Source: Paraspadella gotoi (Eukaryota; Animalia; Chaetognatha). From it: a stretch of DNA of 64,000 bases. This document shows positions 13,101-25,980 of this stretch, piece by piece (within the stretch, counting starts at the first letter, position 1; each line of letters begins with the position of its first letter). The DNA lies in contig CM119264.1 in NCBI GenBank assembly GCA_051294375.1, forward strand, positions 2,534,475-2,598,474, in the 5' to 3' direction. The notes beneath the pieces were generated by a model, which saw only the letters and a list, made by a program, of their open reading frames with translations, had not been told where the DNA came from and did no database searches. Both the position numbers and the translations under genes were made by a program.

Positions 13101-14860
13101 AGACTCGAGGATTACTATTTCTACGCCAAGGAATTGTCGGAGACGGTATTTTATCATCTATCTGTCTGCTCTGTCTGTCCTATATATCTATCTTATCTCT
13201 CTATCTATCTATCTATCTATCTATCTATCCTATCTATTTCTATCTAATCTATCTATCTATATATCTGTCTATCTATTTCTTATCGGTCTATCTATCTATC
13301 TATCTATCTATCATATCTATCTAATCTATCTATCTATCTATCTATCTATCTAGTCTATCTATCTATCTATCTATTCTATCTATTTAATAGATTTGGGCCT
13401 TCCTTTCTTTCTTTCTTTCTTTCTTTCTTTTTTCTGTTCTTTCTTATATGTATCTCTCTCTCTCTCTTCCTGCTACGTTCCTACTCTCTCTCTCTCTCTC
13501 TTCTGTCTCTCTCTCTCTCTCCTCTCTTCTCTTCTCTCTCTCTCTCCATTCTCTCTTTTCTTCAGAGATCCGATCAACTGCGAGTCGAGAACGAAGGTTT
13601 GCGACAGACGACGAAAAGAAATTCCTCGCTTTCAGAAAATTCTCGTACGGATGTCCCGAGCAAAGGTTCGACTCGGTTCTTTGTGTCGGTTTTTATTAAA
13701 AATTACAATTAATTAAATTAATTAATTTATTTCTAACATGCCTGTCCAAAGCCTGTCCAAAGTCACGGGCTAGCTTATGATTAAATGAATAGATAAATTT
13801 ATATTTGGTTGCTACCAAATGTTCATGAGATTACACAATTTAAATCATGAGCAACTTATTAAGCGAAAGAAAGACAGTATTGTAAAAAAAATGATTACAG
13901 CTTTTCCTCGTTGCCTATAGAAAAACGACGCGATGTTGCGACGAAATCGGAACGACGGATTTTTGGGATGAGAAAAAATTCGAGGAAGAAGGGAAACGTC
14001 GTCGAACGACGTCGTCGACTGACGAGCGAACATCCGAGGGAAAATGGAGAGTTGCAGGACTAAGGGTGACATTACGAGGAGTAACAAAGACATTTATTCA
14101 GTGTACAGATTTTTACATTCGCACTTTTTTTTTCTCTCGAGTCCAATTTCAGAATCTAATGTACCATGATGGAGAGCGTAAATAACACATGTTGAAAAAG
14201 TTGAAGGTTAGAAAGTTGACATTTTTGCGCAGTGAATACTCGATGGTAATTTTACTCATACGAGCCTTAATAAAATTTCTTTTATTATTTTTTGTTTTGA
14301 CTTAAAAGGTCGACAAACATTTTTACGTCAACGAGGGACAAACCGAAATTCAGTGTGCGAAAATTCATAACGTCTGTGGAAAATGAAACTAAGGGCTCAC
14401 ACGAAAATTTCTCCATTATAAGTCTATAACTATATTAACTATAGAGCATTATATAAATACTGCTATTCATAATCTAAAAATTATAGTCCTTATTTTAAGG
14501 AGTTCCCCCAACGGAGCGAGGGAACGCCCAGATTTCTTCTCGCAACGTAAGTCCAAAAATGACAATGACAAACAAGCGTCTACAAGAGCAAAAAGTTGCC
14601 AAACGTTGATTTAATTTAAATATAACTTGTTTGAACGGCACACGTCTGATAATTCTAAATAATTTTAAATAATTCTAAATAATTCCTAATAAATTTTCCG
14701 TTTTTTTTAATTTCATTCCCCATTTTTCTTCTTTTCTGATAACGCCCCTTGTTCTTTGTCAGACTGTTCGAACCTGCCATGGGTCCACCTACCGAGTCTA
14801 CGAAATTCAACCCCGACTTCCATGGAACAACAGTCAGCATCGCCAAAGCCGTCCCAACCT
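7589..14860 (+). CDS. Series of exon-like segments (about 7589-7804, 9514-9623, 10197-10430, 10877-11071, 11494-11631, 12027-12095, 12986-13145, 13566-13664, 14763-14860), possibly the 5' part of the fibrinogen-domain gene
   Basis: GC-richer blocks mostly bounded by polypyrimidine+AG and GT(A/G)AG on the plus strand; the first contains a hydrophobic signal-like stretch (LIFFAVAFYSFVASTKG). Frames are broken by indels and no domain was recognised. Confidence 0.35.
7835..8150. repeat. Degenerate 16-17 bp minisatellite with GGTCTTAAA core (intronic)
   Basis: Many successive units such as gcgcggtcttgaagac, gtgtggtcttaaaggc and gcgcggtcttaaaggg, directly after a GTAAG donor at about 7805. Confidence 0.7.
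13150..13385. repeat. (TCTA)n microsatellite
   Basis: Direct reading of about 230 bp of imperfect tcta units at an intron 5' end. Confidence 0.95.
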
Positions 14861-14996
14861 TGAGTTTTCGTCTTTTGCCGAAAATTATTGGGTATTTTTT
14901 TTTTTTTTTTACTGTGCTTCTCTTCTTGAGATGTCCTCAAGTCTCTCTCCTCTTCTTTTCTCTTCTCTCTCTTCTCTCTCTCTCTCATCTCTCTTC

Positions 14997-15027
<31 letters not shown>

Positions 15028-15062
15028 CTCCTCTCTCTTGCTCTCTTTCAATCTCTCCAAAG

Positions 15063-15800
15063 GTCGAATGTGGACTGTGATCCAGCGACGGTTGCGCCAA
15101 ACGAACCCGGACCCCTCCCGCCGCGGCCTTCGCATCAGACGTGGGACGCTACCAAAAGAGGCTTTCGGGAATTTAGAGGGATGTGATGAGTGGAACATGG
15201 ACTTGGACATTGGACTTTACAATGACAATGACTGGTGGCCAGTGACTATCGAACTTTTCAGACATTTGATGACATATGTAGTTGACGCAATTTGTAATAA
15301 ACGACAAAGGATAAAACAAATAACCAAGAAAATTTCCAAATAAAAGCCACAAGCGGACTAATCCAAAAAATCCATAATGCTTAGATTTTTTTCAGGAATT
15401 TTGGATCGGGAACGAGGTTCTCACGCTGTTGGACGGGACACTCCGATCGCGGGCGTCTTTCGGTCGTCGTCGTCGCTCGTCCTCTCGTCCTCCATGTGGA
15501 CATGACGTCTTGGAACGGATCCCGCTTTCTTTCGCGGAATATGACGATTTTTGGTCGGATGAGAAGAGAGACTTCTATCAAGGTCAGGGGATTGGTAGAC
15601 GTCGTTCGTCATCTGTTGTCGTCGTCTGCATCCATATCAACATCTTTTGTTGTTCATCGTCGTCGTCATCGTCGTCATCTTGTATTGTCGTCTTTGTCGT
15701 CTTTGTTGTCATCTTCATCATCACAATTGTCTTCTTCGTACTTTTCCCTCCGTTCACTGATCACGCGTCGAATTATCGCGGCAACGCTGGCGATGCCCAT
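15063..15800 (+). CDS. Fibrinogen C-terminal (FReD) domain exons: about 15063-15182, 15396-15582 and about 15760 onward
   Basis: GRMWTVIQRR...QTWDA(Y)KRGFGNLEG | EFWIGNEVL...HVDMTSWNG..FAEYDDF | SNYRGNAGDA match the canonical FReD motifs WTVIQRR, W..YK.GFG, EFWLG, A.Y..F and Y.GNAGD in order; indels present. Confidence 0.8.
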
Positions 15801-18534
15801 TGCGCGATAGACCGCGACGACGGATTCGCCGCTACGCGAAGACCGCAACGACGATCGCGCTATCGGCGAAGACCGCAACGACGATCGCCGCTACGGCAAA
15901 ACCGCGACGAAGAATTGATTCGGCCGGCGAATTCGAGGGGAAAGAATTCGTCCCCTAATTCGTTTTCGTCCGCCAAAGATTACCCAGTCTTTTCCGGGTG
16001 GGTCGGAGAGGCTGTGGTTGTGGGCAGTGAGCAAGTGGGCAGTAGAGCTAGGTAGGAAAGCGACTGCCGGCTTGTGTCGCCACATGATCTAAGCACGTGA
16101 GAACGGTTGGCAATGGGCAGTGCGAGGGGGTAAATGGGCTGCTAGTTTGTGGTCGGTCTAATATCTAAGCATGCGGAGGTGTTGAAGTGCGACAACAGTC
16201 CACGGCACAGGACCGTGCGTCCAATTTCGGGTAAATTGTGTTCGAAATTTACTAATTTGAATTGATGTATTAGTTTGAGTTTATTGAAATTAGGAGGAGC
16301 GACGGAAGAAGGATCATCCGTTCGTTCACTGAAAAAGTTCGCATGCAAGGCGCCTTTGGGTGGTTCCCTCTTGTCCTGGTGAATCATTAAGTTTTTATAA
16401 TAATTTAATTTATTAAAATTTATAAATAGTGAAGGAGGTCTTGTAAAAAACCGAATAAACTTTTCAATATATTAGTATATTATTGTTTTTTTCAGTTTTG
16501 CAACAACCTTTTTGCGACGTGATTTTACAATTTTAATTCAACGTTAATCTACGATATTTTGTCTGTCTATGACTAAAAAAAAAAGGCAAATGTGCCTAGT
16601 GTAAAGTTGAACCATAATGATAATATTCATCTCATGATTTTCATTGATATACTTAATACTTTTCCAATTTGCCAATGTTCTGCAATGATGCTAATTGTTT
16701 TATTGAATTTTATTTTAGTGCCATTGTGCAATTATTCTTGCTCAATACTCATTATTGTTAATGTCCATATTGATTCAAATCGTTTAATCTTCTTATTGTT
16801 CTTTAATTGTCAAAATTTTCTTCTTCTATTTCAGAAAAAAAATAATTTTTTTTTGATTTCCCTTTTTTTTTCCTTTCAGCGAACTCATCTGACACTCTAA
16901 CATTCATTTGGCTCCGTAATTGCTCGACTCTGTCAGAGCACATTATCAGTCCTTCAACAGATGAAGTTTGAGTCCCATAAGAGAATCTTCCCAGAATGGC
17001 GCGAGATGGAACGACATCTGACGCTGACATGACATCACATAACGATAGCACGATGATATAAGATTCACAAAATAAGACAATTTTTTTGTCGTTTAATTTA
17101 GGAAACTGTTGTGTGTACGAATGTCGCACGACGAAAAGTAAATCATATTTAAAAAAAAATATCTAAATTATTTTCGTTGACACGGTCCCAAATTTGATGT
17201 TGACTTTGCGAACGGCAAACTTTATCTCTCGTTTTTCTAAAAATCTTGTCGCTTCTGATCGTTTTAGTCTGTGTGCTGTGTGAGAAAAACCAAACTGTTA
17301 TTCTGTCCCTTACGTCTTTACCCAAAACGTTAATACGAAAATTTTAAAAAAAGTACTTAAACAGAATCCAATAAATGTAGCAATCTTGGCCTTACAGATT
17401 ATGAATTTTTAATGTATTATCTCGAAATGTAAAAATTGATTTTATGTGATTTGATTCGTTTTACAAAATCGATTGTTAATTCATTGCAGTTGTTTTTTTT
17501 TTTTTTAACATTCCACAAAACCGAAGTCAAATTAAAAAAGAAAAGGAAAAAAAGTTTTTTCCCTTTTTCTCACAAGTTGCACTTTTTGTTTCGGGACGCG
17601 AGGTGTAACTTTCCCTCCACGCCAATCATTCCGTGCAGCGCAAGAGCGGTTGGCGCCGCCGCCATGCTTATGCACACGTGTCGACGCCCATCGGCTTTGA
17701 GACGCAGATAATAGGTCTACGACCGAAGAGGTGAAGATGGGCGAAGGAGATGGAACCGTCGGGGGTAGAGATGATTTTCGAATGGGCTGTTCGTCTGGAA
17801 AAAAGTAGCGAAGATAGGAATGTTTAGGGAAGTAGGGAAAGCGGTTGCCGTTGGAGGATTATAAAACTAAGGTATGGGAAATAATAATTAATATTCGTGG
17901 CGGAAAAAATACGTTTTCTCTCTTCTCTCTCCTGTCTCCGCCCGCTTAGTTTCTTATCACGTCAAATTCTTTTTTAACTAAAATAATAAAAATATAGTTA
18001 AAGGTTTCCTCAAATATAAATGAAAAATGTAGGGAAAATAAAATAAACTTTGGGATTCAAACACATAGTTTAAAATAACAATTTTAATTCGTCGCCCTCT
18101 ACCCGTTGCCAGATATAAACTACCTGCGAATTTTTTGGCGTTCAAATTTAAGTTTTTTTTTCCCAGAGAATAAGAACTTTTTCTTGGGTTCCCTTTTTGG
18201 GTAGTTTTAAAAATACTTAAATATATTTTTTGCTACAAGGTTTAAAACTATTTTTCTGATTATTAGAGTTTAGTTGGCAGGAATTTAGAACGACGGACGA
18301 CGACGACGACGACGACGATGGTCTCCGAGGCAAGAAAAAAAGGCTCTTTAAAAATATCCACGAGTTAACGAGGCTGAAATTAGCGAGAATATCGTATTAA
18401 TTATACCCGTTCTTTTCAATCCGGATGGAATCAACGAATTAACGACTTAATGAAGCAAAAGCAAACGTCTGGATTTCGAGGTTGACGATTCATGATTAGA
18501 ATATGAACGGTCGTGAACGATTGAACGGTTCGAA

Positions 18535-18765
18535 AATTAAAAATTAATTTATAATTTAAAAACTTAAATAATAACAAAAAATAATCTATAAAATTAATTG
18601 TATTAATTTTAAAAACTTATCAATAATAACAAAAATAATCTAAAATAATTAATTTATTAATTTAAAAATTAAAATATAACAAAGAAATTAATCTAAAAAT
18701 AAATTTAATTTAATTTAAAAAATTACAATTAATAACAAAAATAATCTAAATTAATTTATTAATTT
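18535..18765. repeat. AT-rich tandem repeat, about 56-bp unit x4
   Basis: aattaatttattaatttaaaaacttaaataataacaaaaaataatcta-like unit repeated four times. Confidence 0.75.
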
Positions 18766-19467
18766 TTTTGCCTTTTTTCATTTCAAGGTCCGTGATATAT
18801 CGCTTTCCAGATTTATAATATTTTCTCTTTCCCTCTTTGTTTCTTTTCTTCTTTCTCACTTCTACCCTCCGTCCATGGCGTCAACGCGAGCCTCGCAGCC
18901 TTTCTTCGCGACCCGCATGCCGAGCGGCCTTCTTCACCGGACCACGCCCTCTGGGAATCAGCGAGACTCCGCAGCCGCGGCACCGCTTGACCCAGACGGC
19001 ACGAGGTCGAAGGATTCCGCGCCGCCGCTGTATCGACCAACTGGGCGTTGAATGGCATGCGAAAAGGCCGGGTGTCGCGCACGGAAGGAAGCGTCTGGGA
19101 CAGAAGAAGTGAGCGACGCATCTGTCGAGACCCTGAGGGGGGAGACTAGTTGGGGGAGTTGGTGGGGGGTAAGAAGGAAGAAGGTGAATGGCAATTTGTA
19201 ATGCCTTATTCAATTACTATTGGCATTATTATACAATCTGATCTATCGTCTATTTAATTGATAATATATAACCAAATTAATAAATTCAAACGTCGTCTTA
19301 CTTATCTTCATTGATATATATTAGTATCTCATCATCATCATCATATAATAAATAATAAATAATAAATAATAATAATAATAATAATAATTAATAATAATAA
19401 TATAATAATAATTCAATAATAATAAACTAAATAAATATCATCATCATCATCATCACTTTTCCATTAC

Positions 19468-22400
19468 CTATACCCGCACGTGAGCCACTATCGGCTATCT
19501 ACTCGTGATCATCACGATGAGTCTCAACAGCCGAGTTTGGGGCATCCCGACCGTTAACCGTGGACAGCGACGACCGTCTTCGTTGCCATCGCCTGGAGGA
19601 GGAGGACGTGAGGAGGAGGAGAGGAAAGGTGAAAGAGAAGAAGAGAGAAGAGGAAAAAAAGGCAGGGAGGGGAGAAGGAAAGAGGAGTGAGAAGAGAAGA
19701 AGAGCAGGAAGAGAGGGGGAGAAAGAAAAGAGGAGGAGGAGAGAAGAAGCACAGAGCAGGCAGAGGAGGAGGTGGAGAAGAGGAGGAGGAGGAGGAGAAG
19801 GATGAGAAACCTCTTTTAAATCAATTTTCTTAATGTACACAAACGTTTATGAATTTGACTTTAAAATATTCCAAAAACAAGAATCGAGTCCCAGTTTTAT
19901 CCTTTTGTCTGAGAAACCGTCCTATCTTCGAGTTTGCTATTGACTTCGCTTATTAAAACACTTATCTACATGTCATATATTTTCACTTTTCTTTTTTAAA
20001 AATTTTTTTTTCTAATCTATGCCGATTTTTTTAAAGATATTATAGCCACCCAATCTAATTGAATCTGTTAGAAATTCATTTATTGAAAGTCAAAAATCTC
20101 AAAGTACCCTGAACAGAAAAAGGGTGCGGGTGATTAATTTCTTATATGGGCATAAATGTATGCGCTTATGATTGCGTTACTGTTGAGGAATTAAAAATAT
20201 TAGAGTATGAATTGTAGTGTATGTCTGATAAAAAATGATATACTGTTGCCTATATGCCATAACATAATATAAAGCCTTCCCCCTCATCTTTTCCGCTCTG
20301 GCACCGATGTCCACAAAGCACTGGACTTCCGCTCTCCCGCGTACGTGTCGCCAGTGTATGTAGATCCTATAGTCGACACGTGACTGGTTGCGGTCCGTCT
20401 ATCTCCCACTGGTGCCCTGGGCAGCTTGTCCCCAGGACTATCGCGCAAGTCTGGACATCGTTTGCGAGAGGGACGACGCGACTGGAGAGGACGGTCCAAC
20501 GGGATCCGGTGCGATTTGAGATAGTTTTTATCTGTGGCTGGAGCGCAGAAAAGTGAGGAGGTCGGTTGTGAGGTGAGAAAGGCTAAAGAGGTGATGGAAA
20601 GTGAGTTTGTGAGGAAACGCGAAACTGTGACGGGAAATGAAGGATCGAGAATAGGCCTGTATTAATCTTGATAACTCAGATAAGATAGCCGTGATGCGTA
20701 ATATTTCACGTCATTGTGCTCATCTTATGTAATTCACTTATTTATCTGCTTGCGGCTCCTCCTTGGTCGAATCCGTCAGACTCCTGATCAGTCCAATTTA
20801 AGCTAATACCCGGTTTTGTTTTTTAATAAATCAAATCCTTAAACTCGAAAAATCACAATCCGCTCTTCACTCCGTCAGTCACGACTCACGTGACCACCTC
20901 ACCCGCCTGTCGGTCCAACTCCACACGGAGACGTCCTTCGATGTCGTGATTTGCTCTCCGATCGATTGTAGCGCGAATCCGCGTAAAGGTCGAGGAGCGT
21001 CAAGACTATCCACGCCGATCTCCACTATAACAATCCACTAAAACATACAATCAATTCAATGCATTCAATCAATCAATCAAATCAAATCAATCACATACAC
21101 AATCAAATCAATCAATCCCAATTCAACACCAATAAGGATATTAATTAAACTTATCACCCACATAAAATAATATCAATCCAAATAATCTTCGAAACACGGA
21201 AGAAAAAAAATCCGAACGTAAGTAAATCAAAACCCGCCCTCACCAAAAATAAATGAGTAAACCAATCCTCCCTCCATCTCCTCTTCCCCCCTTCCTTCAC
21301 CCCTCACCCCCTTCCCGCCCCCTCCCCGCTTTTCCTACCTCGCCCCCCCTAAAAAAAGACAAGAGTTTGTTGCTTTACTATTTCATTTTAAGTAAAAATC
21401 AAAGAAATTACTTTTCTTGAATTAAAATCCCGACGACGACGGAGAAAAAAAAAGATGCAATCGCAAATATCAAAACCAGAAATGAGGATTTTTAAAAAAT
21501 GTGTGAAAGAAGAAAAACAAGATCGGTTCATCCAATGTGTTGCGCCGCAGTGACTTTATTTTCACGTGTATTTTACCTTTGATCACATGATATGACATGA
21601 CATGGCATGACTAAAAAACTTTCTTAGCCCTTGTATTGCACTGCATTAAAATTCCGTCTTTTATTCCTTATAGTTTTAGGATTTCCTGAAAGCGGCGCAA
21701 GCAGTCCCTTAGATTTGAGGTTTTTTCTGTCTTAAAAAATGAGCAACCAACTATAGCCTAATTATATGCATTTTTAATCTAAGTGGGACAAACCGATGAA
21801 CAGACATACCGACTAACAGATCAACCGTGTTGTTGTTGTTAGTTGCGCCTCGAGTACTCATGGAGCAACTCTATGTTGGTTGGTTGGTCCATCTGTTGGT
21901 CGATCCTTCAGTATGTCTGTCCGTCAGTCTGTCCCACTTACGTTACGCTCATTTGTTAAGAAAAAAAAAACAACACAAATCTAAGGGACTTCTAGCTCCG
22001 ACTTCAGGAATTCCTAAAACTATAAAGAATAAAGATGCAAAGCATGTCATAAATTGACGGCAAAAAAAGTTTTTTAGTCATGTCATGTCATGTCATACCA
22101 CGTGAAAATAAAGTCACTGCGGCGCAACACATTGGAATAACCGTTCTTGTTTTTTTTAAATCTTCGTTTACCCTGGACACTTGACGACGATTTTTCCCGC
22201 CAAACCTCCATAGTAACTACCCAGCCATGTACAGTGGGCGCTGGTTAACATGATCGACCCCGAAATCCCGGGAACCTTAAGTTGAAGAGGATATCAACTA
22301 CAGTGGTCGACTTTAATTTTCAACGTCGGAGGCTTAGTGGTTTTTTAGCAAACAGTTGTTCAGATTTAGGACTGAATATTCTGCTGAATTAGTCAAAGAA

Positions 22401-23172
22401 CCTACACTGTAATTCAGTGTCAACGATCACCCTCTGACAACCAATCTACGGTCAACTAAAGAACATATTGTAAATGTAATTGTAGCAATCGTAATTTATT
22501 TTCCATCGCACGTTGAGAATGAATCCGGTTCCAGTCCAGTATCCGTTAGAGTTTTTCTGTGCGTAGATCTTGAGGTAACACGTCCACTGGTAGTGCTCGT
22601 GATCCGTCTTCAGAACCTCCAACCGCTCGTCGGTGCTGCCGCAAACTGAGCGGTCGGCGCCGATAAGCTGGAAGGCGAGGATTCGATGGACTGAGTGATT
22701 GATTGATTAATTAATTAATTGATTGATTGATTAATTGATTGATTGAATTGATTTGATTTGATTTATTTGATTGATTGATTGATTAATTCACAGATTTATC
22801 TTTCCAGTGAATGAGTGACTGAGTTCTCGATTGGCGATTGATTGATAAATTTATTGACTGATTGGCGATTGATTGATAGTTTTTTAATTTGATTGATCGT
22901 TTGATTAACTATCATATTTAATCAATCAAACCTTCGCTGATTCATTCATTCATTCATTCATTCATTCATTCATTCATTCATTTACCTTCGAGATGTCTCC
23001 CAACCAATGATCTTTATAAGAGTCCGGATCCTCGTCGTGAATTTTCGGTCCAACCATCTCTTTGGAATTGTAAAATCGCATGAAGGATCACAACACTTCT
23101 CTCTATCTTTCTCTCTCTCTCCTCTCTCTCCTCCTCTCTTCTCTCTCTCTCTCTCTATCATCTATCTAATCT

Positions 23173-23214
<42 letters not shown>

Positions 23215-23241
23215 TACTTCTCTCTCTCTCTTCTCTCTTCT

Positions 23242-23280
<39 letters not shown>

Positions 23281-23286
23281 TCTCTT

Positions 23287-23317
<31 letters not shown>

Positions 23318-23321
23318 CCTA

Positions 23322-23395
<74 letters not shown>

Positions 23396-24829
23396 TATCT
23401 TTCTTCTCTCCCTTCTCCCTCTCTCTCTCTCTTTCTCTCCTCTCTCCTCTCTTCTTCCTCCCTCTATCTCTCTTTCTCTCCTCTCCTCTCCTCTCTCTCT
23501 CATCTTCTCTCTCCTCTCTCTCTCTCTCTCTCCTCTCTCTTTCTCTCTCTCTCTATCTATCTTTCTCTCTCTCTCTCTTCTATCTATCTTCTTCTCTCTC
23601 TCTCTCTCTCTCTCTCCTTCTCTCTCTCTCTCTCTCTCTCCCTAATCGGCGTCCCGCTAATCCTTCTCCTTCTCCCACTCTCTCTCTGTCTCTCTCTTCT
23701 CTCTCTCTCTCTCCTCTTTAGGATGGCCGTCTTCAGCACGTGTGATTTTACAATTCCAAAAGATGTTGGACCGAAATCACACGAGCGATCGGAACTCTTA
23801 TAAAGATCACTTGTTGGAACATTCTCGAAGAAAGAATGAATGAGATGAATGAATTAATGATGAATCACGAAGGTTTGATTGATTAAATTATTGAAGTTAT
23901 CAAACCGACAATCAAATTAAAAAACTATCAACAATGCCCGTCATTAAATCATCAATAAATTATCAATCAATCGCCAATCGAAACCATCACTCATTCTTCC
24001 CGNNNNNNNNNNNNNNNNNNNNNNNNNGAGAGAGAAAAAACCCAATCGTGTGAAACAAAAGAAAATCTTCTTTTGAGGTCAAAGTTAAAAGAAACAAAGA
24101 AAGAAACAAAGAAAACAAATCAGACGAAACAAGAAAAACAAAGCGGAGAAACGAGGGCTTCGTAACTCGAGGTCGATTTTCTCGAAGAATCGTTGAGGCG
24201 AAAAAAGGGATTTGGAGGAAAGAGAGGAAAAAGAAAACAAAAACAAAAACAAAAACAATAATAAAAATAACGACAAAAAATTAAAAAAAAAGAAAAAAAT
24301 CAAATTAAAAAGAAAATGAAAAAAAACAAACCAACAAAATAGATATCATATCATATCATATCATATCATATCATATCACATCCTATTGACTGCCGACTAC
24401 CGACTCCCTGTTACGTTTACCACAAAGAAAAATTCCAAAAAATTGATTTTAAATTATACGTCTAATTTGACTGTTGGAAAAATTTATTTATTTACTGTAT
24501 TCCTAAACAATCATAAAAGATCGAAAAGAATACCAAAGGTCACTGATAATTTTTATGAGTTTTACATCCTTAACTTTCTCTCCTTTTTTTTCTCCAGATG
24601 CTTTTCCTTCAGAATTCCGATGAGTTTTCACTCGTCCCTCACCATTCAAACTCACGAAACTGACTCACCCTCTTCATTTCTCACTTCGGCCCCAAAGTTT
24701 AACCTTACCTTCTTTCCAATTCTCACCTAATTCTCCGTGCCCGAGTTTCCCCGCAGCCGGCGCCGCCACCACAGCGGTGGGCAGCGTCGCCGCCGCCGCC
24801 GCCGCCACCAACATCAACGTCCAAAACAT
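19468..24829 (-). CDS. Secreted V8/glutamyl endopeptidase-like serine protease (pre-pro-enzyme), 7 exons: 24727-24829, 22986-~23085, 22512-22667, 22172-22275, ~20902-21024, ~20304-20531, ~19468-19591
   Basis: Signal peptide MFWTLMLVAAAAAATLPTAVVA; pro-region ..RFYNSKEMVGPKIHDEDPDSYKDHWLGDISK|LIGADR; mature-like SVCGSTDERLEVLKTDHEHYQWTCYLKIYAQKNSNGYWTGTGFILN|VPGISGSIMLTSAHCTWLGSYYGGLAGKIVVKCPG (catalytic His in TSAHC). The last three exons are noisy copies of those at 64-1490. Splice phases are consistent. Confidence 0.85.
21510..22157. mobile_element. Foldback/MITE-like near-palindromic element in a protease intron
   Basis: Nested inverted arms: ccaatgtgttgcgccgcagtgactttattttcacgtg (~21532) / cacgtgaaaataaagtcactgcggcgcaacacattgg (~22099); tagttttaggatttcctgaa / ttcaggaattcctaaaacta; gtcccttagatttg / caaatctaagggac; aagtgggaca / tgtcccactt. 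Confidence 0.8.
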
Positions 24830-25980
24830 TTTTGGCCTCGAATGACAGAAAAAAGACACAAATATTTAGATTTAAAAATCTGAAAAAAAAAGAAGATTTT
24901 CTTTTTATCGATCGCCGACGTCGATGACGTGAAACTTTTAGTTGCGCCGCGAGTAATAGCGAGTAATAGAGAGCAATAGCGAGAGCAGAGTCATTTTCTA
25001 GTCGATCAGTCACTATGTCTGTCGGTCACTTACGTTTTGAATGTTTATAACTTATAACGAACGTCATTTTAAAAAATATTCCGTAGATGCTCAATGTGCC
25101 TAGATGTACTTGTGCAATCACATGGTCGCCAGAAATTAGAACATTTGAGTATAGGTTATGAATTAACTTATTATTTTATTTAATATTTAACAATTAATTG
25201 ATCAACCATAAGATGTTTACTGTTAATTACTCAATACGTGAAAGTAGCAATGTCAATGCGGACACAACACATTGAAATGTTGGTTTTTTCTTTTCGCTAT
25301 CTGTGACGTCCGTTTTCGTGAATTTCACAATTTAGATAACAGAGAATTTTTCGTTGGTGAATGGATTAATAATTTGTGATTGGCTTGTGAACCGTCGCAT
25401 CTGTTTTCCTCACTCTTTTGACTCTTGACTTCATCTGACTCGATCCTTCACTTCTCATGCCCCCCGCCTCGCCGTCGCTTTGATTCCTTGAGGGTCAAAA
25501 ACCAAGAATTTTGAAAAAAATTTTACAATAAAAATAATGATAAATACATAACATTCTCAAATACTTGTCACAAAGCTATTTTATAAATTTTAATTAAAAA
25601 ATAAATGGAAGTTTTAAATTAATTGATAATTAATCAACATTTCAAATCATTCTAAACAGAGATTTTGAACTAATTATTGCTAAGGAAGCCAGAGACAAGA
25701 GGAAATGGTAGGGACGCAATGAATTGTGAATAAGACGACGACGATGACGATGACGACGACGACCGTGACGACGACCGATGATGACGACGACATACAAAGC
25801 GAAAAAGATTCCTTTATAAAAATTCAAAAAAATCAGAGGGCTATGTTAAAAAACATCGAAAAAAAGACGTACTGACTCGTAAACATTAGGTTTTTGGTTT
25901 GATGGGCTACATTCAGCTCATTCACAGTTTGTTAATATATACTCAACGTTTTAAAAAGGAACGCAAATTAATTCGACAAT

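Noticed and set aside
23007-23645. 212-aa Leu/Ser ORF and similar long ORFs (53262-53954, 59408-60103, 38200-39000, 11570-11908)
   Set aside because: Translations of CT/GA and TTTCC microsatellites; no coding signal.
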